A DNA stretch of 64,000 bases, taken from the NCBI GenBank assembly GCA_001600815.1, contig BCKZ01000008.1:620001-684000 (forward strand). Reading direction: 5' to 3'. The position numbers and the translations under genes are program-made. The DNA is from Alloascoidea hylecoeti (lineage: Eukaryota). Each line of letters opens with the position of its first letter. Within the stretch, counting starts at the first letter, position 1. Under the pieces are notes generated by a model. That model saw only the letters and a program-made list of their open reading frames with translations, made no database searches and was not told the origin of the DNA. This document shows positions 26,629-36,298 of this stretch, one piece after another.

Positions 26629-26964
26629 TCACTTGTCTGGGAGAAATTTTATTGTTCAATTAGTATTTTCAAGTATCTCTTTCGTTTGTGTGTCGGATAG
26701 AAAGTTAAAGTTAAGATTCAGAGTATAATAAAGAACTCTGTTTATAAATAGCTTTCACTGATTTCTTATATTTAATCTTCAATTCAGACTAAGTTCTTGT
26801 TTAGTTTTCTTGGTTATAAGCTTATTAACCTAATTATGAAATCAGTGATCTGTTGTAAGTTAACAACATATAAAATAGGTATTTGGTTCAACCTCTTACT
26901 TTTTCTCATTTTTTACCCAAATATATTGATATAACCTCTTTTGTGATCAAAGTTTTTAGTATAA

Positions 26965-29330
26965 ATGAATAATTTCAATCCTTTTGAATCGACTTTAAAT
27001 CATCCTCATCCAAAATTTGGAAATGATAGCTATTCTAAGCTGTATTCTAATGGATCATCAAATTTAACGGATCAACCCCATCTAACGGCGTTAAAGACAT
27101 CTAACGCAAATTCTCTACTTATCGGAAACGGAAAGGAAAACATTCAATCAACATCTTTACTTTCTCCGAATGATAATAATAATAATAATAATAATAATGG
27201 ATTCTTTCTACCTTTCAAATTTTCTACTCCCTGTGATTTTAACACTAGTACAAACACAAATCTAAAGCTTGATAATTTCCATAATTGGCCCTATAACTAT
27301 AAGTTGAAGCAAAATAAGATGCCCCTTTTCACTAATGCTGATTTAAATTTGCCGTCCCCGTTTGTTCCCTCGTTAGGATCTCTTCTTTCAAATTCAACAC
27401 CTACATTTTTAACCAATGATCTTGACAATATCCACCCAGATCCTCAAAACGGTCTTGTGTCTTCTATTCCCCAATCAGACAACTTTACATCAAGAGTTAT
27501 AAAACTTACAAATTTTCCTTTAAAATTTGATCCTATTGTTCTTCATAATATTTGTTCTAATATTGGAGATGTTGAATCTTTAGAAAGACACAAAAAGAAT
27601 AATATGGGACAAGCAATTATAAGCTGGTACGATATAAGGGATAGTGCTAAATGCCATTCAAATATCGGTTTATTATTTCAAGATGTCCCTGGAATTGTAG
27701 GTGAATATGTTGGTACAAATAATGATAATGTACCATTGTTATGTGATGCGACTTTATCCAAAATTGAAATTCATTTTAAAAGAGAATTTACATCCAAACT
27801 TTTTCCTGATATTAAAGTACTTATTTCAAAATTGTCGGAGTTTGGTGATATCCAAAACTTGTCTTTTAAAAGTAGCTCTAAAAAATCATATGTTTGCGAT
27901 TTTTTTGATACCAGGTCCAGTGCAGCGGCGATTAAATACTTGAATGGATCTATTATTGATGTGAGTAAATGGTAATTCATATTTAACAGCTATTATTCAA
28001 TAATAAATACCCTTCAACTGATTTTTTGCTAACTTGAATAGAACTTGGTTGCCGAAGTATATCCTTTTGGGAAAAGAAAATTAGATTCCACAACTTCATT
28101 TCCTACTCCAGAAAATACATTTAGCCCGGAAGTTGCTTACCCTGTTCCATCATATAAAGGAGTATCTTACGATTCAGCGAAGTATTCTAGAAGTAGTACT
28201 GACACCGATTTGAGATTAATGGGATTCTCTAAAATTAATGATGCCAAGCTTGAAACTTCCAAGTCCATGACTGGTGTTGCTACGTTGGCACATCTTCCAA
28301 AAAGGAATACCGTTGATCTCACTAGAATATCCAAAGGATTGGATACACGAACTACCATGATGATTAGAAATATACCCAATAAAGTTGGTCAAGATGTCCT
28401 ACAAAAATATATTGATGTTACCAATAAAGGAACCTATGATTTTTTATGTATGAAATGAAATGAATTGAGCTACTAATTGATCCAGTATAATACCTAAATC
28501 GTTTATTCTAATATTTCTCCTTTTTTATTTTTAGATTTGAGAATTGATTTTGCTAACCGCTGCAAGTATGCCTTTCCTTCGACCCCCAATTTGTTCCAGG
28601 GGATGATTGCAAATTTTAACTTTCATATCATTTAATTAAATTTAGTGTTGGTTATGCATTTATCTCTTTCATTGTACCAGAACACATTATTACGTTTGTC
28701 AAAGCTCGAGTTGGCACCAAATGGTAAACAATACCCTTTTCTTCAAATACATTTTCTTACTTTAAAGTTACTAATTAATAACAAAAATATTATTAACAAC
28801 AGGCGAAATTTTAATTCTGATAAGATTTGTGATATCTCATACGCTAATATATAAGTATTCAAACAACTTATTTTACAAATTTTACCTCTATCTAACTTTC
28901 ATATCATTTACTCAAGGCAAAGAGTCACTAATAGAAAAGTTTAGAAACTCTAGTATTATGGAGCAAGGCAAGTTTATATTATGTACTCTCGGTCAAATTA
29001 GCATTGGCTTTTACTAACTAATTCCCACACAGATAAGAGTTATAGACCTAAGGTATTTTACAGTGATGGGCCCATGAAGGGGCAAGAGCAGGAATTCCCG
29101 AAGCCCAATAATATTGGTAGGAAAAACCGCTCAATTGCGACAATAAAAGAGCTTGGTAAGGAAATAAAATTTTGCATTTTTCTTCTTTTATATCGTTTAC
29201 TAGTAACTAATATTTATATGTAGGTTTATTTGCTCCGGAGCGCGACAAAAAGAATGAGTCCAATTGCAGCAATACAACTAATAATCTTACAATAGCTAGA
29301 TGGATGGAGGAAGATTCCAAATTTAAATGA
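26965..29330 (+). CDS. mei2: Mei2-like RNA-binding protein (RRM1, RRM2, Mei2-type RRM3); exons 26965-27960, 28042-28447, 28535-28565, 28646-28723, 28803-28850, 28912-28967, 29033-29155, 29224-29330
   Basis: Spliced RRM3 reads GLDTRTTMMIRNIPNK...GTYDFLYLRIDFANRCNVGYAFISF...VGTKWRNFNSDKICDISYANIQGKESLIEKFRNSSIMEQDKSYRPKVFYSDGP...GLFAP, the Mei2 family signature. Confidence 0.9.
28851..28911 (+). other. U2-type AT-AC intron (mei2 intron 5, 61 nt)
   Basis: ATAAGT...TCTAAC...CATTTAC. This is the only junction that restores YANIQGK; the nearby GT (28855) lies after an in-frame TAA. Confidence 0.85.
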
Positions 29331-29830
29331 ACTAATATACCAATAGACAAAAAGTTAGAAAAACTCTGTTTACCCATTATTATATTTTTGAGTTGATAAA
29401 TTAAGATGAGAAACTCTTAGCAGGACATTTTATTTAATAATTGTATAACCCAACTAAAAGTAAATATTTTATAATAAATAACCTTATAGAATCCGGAGGT
29501 TCCTTGAACCAGCAGATCTAGAAAAATTAAGAAAATACACCTCCAAAACATATGCGATGCGTAAAACTTACTTTCTTTTAACGACAACTCATCAGAGTCA
29601 TCACCATACCAAGAGCGAACCTTAATTTACAGGGTTTAAATTTGTTTGTTTATTTTTGAATTCTTGGAAATTTTTGAAAATGTCTTGATCTTGATTTTTG
29701 ATTTTCCAAAGGACCTCCACAGATATGCGGGATCTACAAAATAGGCTACTACATCCAGACATCTTTATCCTATCAAAAACCGCAATTGTGAATCTTTCAT
29801 TATAATTGCCCCAATATATGCAACCTGAAA

Positions 29831-31699
29831 ATGTTAGATTTTAGTTCGGATAATGGGAGGAAGCAACGTTTATTAAAAAAAGAAAACGGGGATCGAAGGA
29901 GTAGATTGAATGTTTTGGTTTGGGGTGATGATCATTTTAGCCCTAATCCACCGTTTTGGGAACAAACAGTTACAAATCTTAAGCGACTGTTATCGCCATA
30001 TTATGTTGTAGCCATAATTGATACTAAAACAATTAAAGAGGAACCATGGATGGAAACAACAGCAATGTTAGTTTTGGTTGGTGATCATGATTCTATACAC
30101 GGAAAGACAGCTTTGACAATTGCAGATAAGATTCAATTATACGTTACGAGAGGAGGTAAATTCTTAGGAATTGGAGCAGGCAGTTATTTTGGCAGTGAAT
30201 TGATAAGAGGAGCAAATTATGAACATGGTTGCTCCGATTATAAATTGAAGTTTCCTCTTGGCCAGAGTAGTATTTTTAAAGAAAACGATTATCGCAAATT
30301 AGGAGAAGGAGAAATCGTTTTAAGTAATTTTCATCCAGAATTTACTCCAAATTCTCAATCTTTAAATCAGACTACCAACCAACAATCTAGCAATAAACCA
30401 GGAAATGAAGATGATAAACTATTACAATTAATATTTAAACAAATGTTGGAAACCCTTCATTTGGAGGTAAATAATACTGATGATTCAAAAATTCCAAAAC
30501 TTACCCACTTACAGATGTCTTCAAATAATGCCAATATTCTAAAAAAATTGATTAATAAATTAGAGGGGAGTGTTGGTTTCACTGGTACTAACAATGATAT
30601 CTTGGTGGGAACAACTAATAAGTTTAAACTTTATAATGTCGACATCAATGAAGGGGCTTCTGAAATATATGAAGGGCAAGAAAAAGACGGCTCTGATACA
30701 ACATTAGGACTAGAAATTTATTCATCGGGAATTCCAAGTCAAACTCGAACACCCTATTTCAATCATGGAGAATATTTTGAAAATTTAAAGAAATATCGTG
30801 AAAGGTTTCAATTTAATGGATCGTGGGGGGATATTCTGATTTATGGTGAAGTCATATCGTCAACCTCTACCATTCTTGAGAAGAATACCAATGTTCTTTC
30901 AAACCTACCGGATGGAGTTGTTTGTAGTGCAACAATTCAATGTGGTGGTCGAGGTAGAGGTGGTAATGTTTGGGTTTCCCCACAAGGTTTGCTTCCAAAT
31001 ACAGGAGTTATAAGAATGAAGCCTTCAGAAATCAAAACGGCGCCTCTGGTATTTATTCAATATCTTGGTTCTTTAGCTATGGTAGAGGCTATTAGAAATT
31101 ATGGGGAAGGATATGAGGATATCCCTATAAGATTGAAATGGCCAAACGATATATACGCTCTTAACCCCGATTTTATCAAATCAAACAATTTAGATGAGAC
31201 AAATGCAGCTAAATATTTGAAAATCGGAGGCTATCTTGTAGGAGCTAACTATCTTGACAATGAGTATATTATTACACACGGTATGGGTATAAATGTTGAT
31301 AATGAAGCCCCTACAACATCTTTAAATCAGATTTTAACAGCATTGAATAAGATCCGCTCTCGAAATGGAAAACAAATTTTAGAGCGTTTCACACTTGAAG
31401 GATTATTATCCGCCTACTTAACAATGGCTGAGAAGATAATGTCTAAGTTTAGAGTTGAGGGGTTCAAACCTTTTGAATCTTTGTATTATTCTCGATGGCT
31501 ACACAGTGGACAGATTGTGCATCTAGAAGATTTTGAACACACAAGAGCTAAGGTATTAGGAATTACTTCTAATGGTATGCTTTTGGTAGAAGAATTAGAA
31601 GAATTCAATGACAATGGTAGAGCTATTGTATATGAATTACAGCCTGATGGGAATTCATTTGATATGTTTAAAGGGCTTATCAAGAAAAAAATAACATAG
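29831..31699 (+). CDS. BPL1: Biotin-protein ligase (holocarboxylase synthetase)
   Basis: QCGGRGRGGNVWVSPQG, LKWPNDIY, KIGG, YELQPDGNSFDMFKGLI, plus an N-terminal BPL_N-like region. Confidence 0.93.
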   Translation: MLDFSSDNGRKQRLLKKENGDRRSRLNVLVWGDDHFSPNPPFWEQTVTNLKRLLSPYYVVAIIDTKTIKEEPWMETTAMLVLVGDHDSIHGKTALTIADKIQLYVTRGGKFLGIGAGSYFGSELIRGANYEHGCSDYKLKFPLGQSSIFKENDYRKLGEGEIVLSNFHPEFTPNSQSLNQTTNQQSSNKPGNEDDKLLQLIFKQMLETLHLEVNNTDDSKIPKLTHLQMSSNNANILKKLINKLEGSVGFTGTNNDILVGTTNKFKLYNVDINEGASEIYEGQEKDGSDTTLGLEIYSSGIPSQTRTPYFNHGEYFENLKKYRERFQFNGSWGDILIYGEVISSTSTILEKNTNVLSNLPDGVVCSATIQCGGRGRGGNVWVSPQGLLPNTGVIRMKPSEIKTAPLVFIQYLGSLAMVEAIRNYGEGYEDIPIRLKWPNDIYALNPDFIKSNNLDETNAAKYLKIGGYLVGANYLDNEYIITHGMGINVDNEAPTTSLNQILTALNKIRSRNGKQILERFTLEGLLSAYLTMAEKIMSKFRVEGFKPFESLYYSRWLHSGQIVHLEDFEHTRAKVLGITSNGMLLVEELEEFNDNGRAIVYELQPDGNSFDMFKGLIKKKIT

Positions 31700-32619
31700 A
31701 TTTACTCTCACATTTTATCAAACAGAGAAAATAGAGACTATTACCTCAATATTTGACCTGAAAATAAACCAATATGCTAATCTTTACATATTCGCACAAA
31801 CATAAATTAATCATAAAAGTTGAGCTACACATTATATTAATTAACACATTAATATTCCCTGTTCTACTTTAACTCCATGTTCTTAGCCCCTGTTTCAGCT
31901 TGACCCCTGTTTTACCTTTTCAGGGCCTTCTAATAAATAAAAGTCCATATAACATGTATATGTAATCTCACACATCATCATGATCAGCAACTTAGCAAGT
32001 ATACCGGTACCATGTATGTGCCAATCTCTGTCGTTTTTCCTAGATTTACGTACGCGGTACAGTACAGTCGACTCTCAACAACGCGACTTACACAATTGCA
32101 ACATGTGCTCTAACATGGGTTATAATCATATAAGCAATAAAACTTGAAGTAGTTAAATTGGTTTTTTTAATATCTGCTAACAAATTCAGTACTTTTGATC
32201 ATATTTTTCATTTGAATTTGGAAGTTCAGCTTAATGGTGATAAAGGAACATTATAATTAAGTTTATATGTGGTTTGAAAATTCAAAGCGTTTCCCAAAAT
32301 AGAAGTCTATAGACAAATTTACCTGCAAATCAATAACATATGCATTAAAAAGTATACCTTTTTAGAAAATAGAGTTTTGCTCGTCAGGTTTCAAATTGGT
32401 ATAATGTTTGTGAAAGGATATAATCATTAAAAGACATGAATGGTTATAACCTCAAGGGGAATATTTAATATCGATTCCTAGTATCTTCTTAAACAACTCA
32501 CATCTTGTTTTTTTCAATTTTTCATATATTAGATTATATATTGAAAAGGCTATAGCTATATTGCTAACCATTCTTATTCTTATTCTTATCACATCATATT
32601 ATGCTAAGGAATTATAGTC

Positions 32620-35600
32620 ATGTTTAAATCAGAATCTATCAAAATGAGAAGCAATAAATCATCATATACAGGTGAGCTAACCCGAACTGGTTCAACTGCT
32701 AAAGTTATATCTGCTTTCAAGAAAATCTCAATCACCGGGAGCAAAAACAGTAGAGATGAGAAAATTCAATATCGATTACCTGGTGAAAGACCCAAACCAA
32801 AGCCAGCACCAATTACCAATTCAAGCTTGATATTAAATTCCATTACAATGAATTCTAAAACTACATTATCTTCTATAGTTCCAAATATGAAATCAAATGA
32901 ACCAAAAAGGATTATATTGCCATATAATAGTCATGATAGTTTTGGTGATAGTGATATTACTTTAGATTCATATGATCTAGCTTTACCAAAAATGAAAAAA
33001 AAGTTTATGTCTAAACCAATCCCAAGTTTCCCCGAACCAAAACGAAGTAATTCATTCAGCGCTTTTTCTGAGCAGTCACTGGATGGATTTCTTGATGATG
33101 ATTTAGATGATTTTTATTCAAATAATGAACCAGATCATCTGCCAGAACTAATTAATAGAAATAATACCAATAAAAGATTTAATGGACAAAAATGTTGTTT
33201 TTGCGAGGAGGAATTTGAAATTATAAGCTCAGAAAGATTAATTGAACTGACATGTGAACATATCTGTCATGAGATTTGTATAATGGAGTTTTTACTGTTT
33301 GAATTGGATGGGAAAAATGGTGATCAAAGCATATTCAATATTAATACAAAAGAATTTTTTTCTATTGAACCATTTTTACCCCAATGTCCTACTTGTAATG
33401 AAAAGGCATTACCATTTGATCAAGATACTTTTGCTAGCCTACTACGCAACTTTATTGAAACTCTAAAAATCAAGGACTCAGGTTTGAATTCGGATGTAGA
33501 TGAATCTGAGCAAAAAGAGCAAACAGATTTAGAAGAAGCGGAACTATTTATAAAACCGAAAGAAAATTTTGAACATCAGGAATTTCTAGTTACAACACCA
33601 AGAGATAACGAAGATATTGAGTTTAAATTAAAGGACAAAGGGATTGATAGAAACAGTGAATCAAACGAAGAAGAATTCAGCTCAACACTCTATACAGTAG
33701 TTGAATATGAAAGAAGCTCAGGTCTCTCTGACTCACATACCCCCACATCCTTAGCCCGCAGATTTACCTTGTCCGAATATTTAAATAAGACTCCATTACC
33801 ATCCTCACCTTTGCCAACTCTTTTATTTCCTCGAGGATCTAGATCTAATAAGAAAGTTCATTGGGATAAGTCTCCGAATAAAGACATGAATCAAGTTTCA
33901 TCACCTTCATACCAATGTTTATCACCTCCATCAATTAGAATAAATCCTAGAGTGTCATCTTTTCGGCTTTCCACAGAAACTCCAAATAAAAGGAACATTT
34001 CTTATCTTCTTGAAATTAAATCACCTCAAGAATTTTCAGGTGGAACGCCCGGTTTACAATGTTCAGACGGACTACTAGGTCAAGGTGCAGATGTTGTGAT
34101 TATTTTACCGTATCATGGATTAAGCGCCAACAAATTTAAAAGTATAAGAAAGGCATTGTTTTTAGTTTTATCAAAATTAGGTCTAAATGATAAATTGGGA
34201 TTGATTTTCCATGGCGAAGATAAGGTTGTAAAGTTTCATAAAAGAGACTGGAACCGATGGGAAGAAGTCATTAATAGTTTTCAACCCAAAACAGAAAAAG
34301 AAGAGCCTTCATATGAAACCCGTTCTAAGAAGGAATTGTTTTATATGACAAAGAAAGGTAAGTCATTATTGAAGTTTGAAAATAACCGTTTTAAAGAACT
34401 AACTCATACTTATTTAATAGCGTATAAACTTTTCAAATCAATTCCCAACGACGATAGAAATCCAATACAATCATTATTTATAATATATGATTATAATATA
34501 GATAAAACTACATCTTTCGAATTACAACAAATTAATTCTAAATTCTTATCATCAAAAACAAATTTAAATATTTCTACACATTTCTTTGGAATTGGAATAA
34601 AACATTTACCTGATTTATTATTTTCATCAGCATCAAAATCATTATCGACTTATTATTATTATATTAATAATTGGGATATATTAAAAGATAAATTTTCAGA
34701 AAAATTAATTTATGAAAAATTTACACATCATGATTTAAAAATTAAAATTATTTCGACAAATAATACTACTAAAATTTCTAAAGTTTTAAATAAAAATAAT
34801 ATAATTAATAAATCTTGTGAAGAAGAACAAATAGTTGATTTAAAAGATCAAATGATAACAATTGGTAATTTGAAAGCTGGTGATGAAAAAAAATTCATTC
34901 TTGAATTCAATGTATATCAAGATAAATTGTTTGAACTATTAGATCTTACTGGTACTACTGCTAATGATATAAGTAATGTAGATACCGAAATTATGCTATT
35001 TGAATTAGAAATTTCATATTCTGAATTTACTAAATCAATTTCATTAAATGGAATATCAAAAGATAAAGAATTAATGGAATTATCACAATTAATATCTTCA
35101 GAACATATAAATCCTGTTCCGGAAATCTATACAGAAATGATACCTGGACCTTTTATTTCTTTACAAGTTCCAAAAGCTAAAAATTTGGACTTAAAATCTA
35201 CGGATTTACCTATATGGGATAATCATAATATAAAACAATTACTTTTGGATCATAGGTTCTTAAAATATTATGATTCTAACTATAGCGTTTCCAATAATAA
35301 CTCAAATAACTATGCAATAGTGTTTGATTTCACATTGGGAGGATTAATTGAAATATATTCCGAGTATAAAATGTCATATGGAAATAATGAAAACAAACAA
35401 TTACATCAAGATATCTCGACTAAGGTTATAGCAATAACCGATTATAACACAGATTCATTTGTTAACATTATCAAGTCAATAGATTCACCTATGTTGCTAA
35501 CCAAGATTAAATTTGTTATCATAGCCGCTCTGAATGTTTTAGTTGGATTATTGAGAAGAGAAAATTATGGGCATGCAGCACAAAAAGCACATAGTACAGC

Positions 35601-35811
35601 AAATTTGATTTATGGGGTATTAAAATGTGTTGATGTTGATAACGATAAAACAAATGAAAATGAAGGCATTGGGTTTCTAAAAATAATGGCTAAACAGTGT
35701 GAATATTTAGCGCAAGTTATAAGAAATAAAGATCGGGACGATCCTAAATCGATGATGTTGATGAGAGAAGGACTCATTAGGTGGACAATGGAGAGGATAA
35801 TAAATGTGTAG
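32620..35811 (+). CDS. Far1/Ste5-family RING-H2 + vWA scaffold-like protein
   Basis: RING-H2 CCFCEE...ERLIELTCEHICHEICI...CPTC and vWA start ADVVIILP...KFKSIRKALFLVLSKLGLNDKLGLIFHG. Far1 versus Ste5 cannot be resolved. Confidence 0.7.
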   Translation: MFKSESIKMRSNKSSYTGELTRTGSTAKVISAFKKISITGSKNSRDEKIQYRLPGERPKPKPAPITNSSLILNSITMNSKTTLSSIVPNMKSNEPKRIILPYNSHDSFGDSDITLDSYDLALPKMKKKFMSKPIPSFPEPKRSNSFSAFSEQSLDGFLDDDLDDFYSNNEPDHLPELINRNNTNKRFNGQKCCFCEEEFEIISSERLIELTCEHICHEICIMEFLLFELDGKNGDQSIFNINTKEFFSIEPFLPQCPTCNEKALPFDQDTFASLLRNFIETLKIKDSGLNSDVDESEQKEQTDLEEAELFIKPKENFEHQEFLVTTPRDNEDIEFKLKDKGIDRNSESNEEEFSSTLYTVVEYERSSGLSDSHTPTSLARRFTLSEYLNKTPLPSSPLPTLLFPRGSRSNKKVHWDKSPNKDMNQVSSPSYQCLSPPSIRINPRVSSFRLSTETPNKRNISYLLEIKSPQEFSGGTPGLQCSDGLLGQGADVVIILPYHGLSANKFKSIRKALFLVLSKLGLNDKLGLIFHGEDKVVKFHKRDWNRWEEVINSFQPKTEKEEPSYETRSKKELFYMTKKGKSLLKFENNRFKELTHTYLIAYKLFKSIPNDDRNPIQSLFIIYDYNIDKTTSFELQQINSKFLSSKTNLNISTHFFGIGIKHLPDLLFSSASKSLSTYYYYINNWDILKDKFSEKLIYEKFTHHDLKIKIISTNNTTKISKVLNKNNIINKSCEEEQIVDLKDQMITIGNLKAGDEKKFILEFNVYQDKLFELLDLTGTTANDISNVDTEIMLFELEISYSEFTKSISLNGISKDKELMELSQLISSEHINPVPEIYTEMIPGPFISLQVPKAKNLDLKSTDLPIWDNHNIKQLLLDHRFLKYYDSNYSVSNNNSNNYAIVFDFTLGGLIEIYSEYKMSYGNNENKQLHQDISTKVIAITDYNTDSFVNIIKSIDSPMLLTKIKFVIIAALNVLVGLLRRENYGHAAQKAHSTANLIYGVLKCVDVDNDKTNENEGIGFLKIMAKQCEYLAQVIRNKDRDDPKSMMLMREGLIRWTMERIINV

Positions 35812-36298
35812 AATTATTACCCGTTGTTGGGTGACGCATGCGTCCATATTTTATATAAATTAAAATAAAATTTGCGGGATATTGTTTTAAATCTGAGGGT
35901 AAAAAGTTTTGTTGGATATCCGTTCTAGCTAGTGTTAATTATAGTCTAAAGTATAAAAATCGTGAAAGTAAGAGATCGCGATCAATGTTATATGTGTGTG
36001 TTTTCGTTTCTTGCTGGTTGGTGCATTTGAAGCTGGTGTTACAATGCAACATTTTGGAACTCCGAGAATTAAGGCCGAAATTCCGGGCATGCATGGTTTA
36101 TAACTACTGTGTATATGTTGCATATTCTATATTTTATTTACGCGACATTGTAGATAATTGGTTATTAATTAACTATCTACTTATTGTAACATATTAATAT
36201 CTGTAAAATCTATATCGTCTTCTATTTGTATACTGGAAGATTAAAAGAAGTACAAGTCAAGTCAAATGAAATTTAAGGAACCTCAAATGAGAAATGGT

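Noticed and set aside
28851..28911. U12-type (minor spliceosome) intron
   Set aside because: The donor is ATAAGT, not ATATCCTT, and the branch lacks TCCTTAAC; the signals are U2-like.
28852..28916. mei2 pseudogene, or a canonical GT-AG intron at 28855-28916
   Set aside because: GT-AG would leave an in-frame TAA, while all downstream exons remain intact and conserved, which argues for function through AT-AC splicing.
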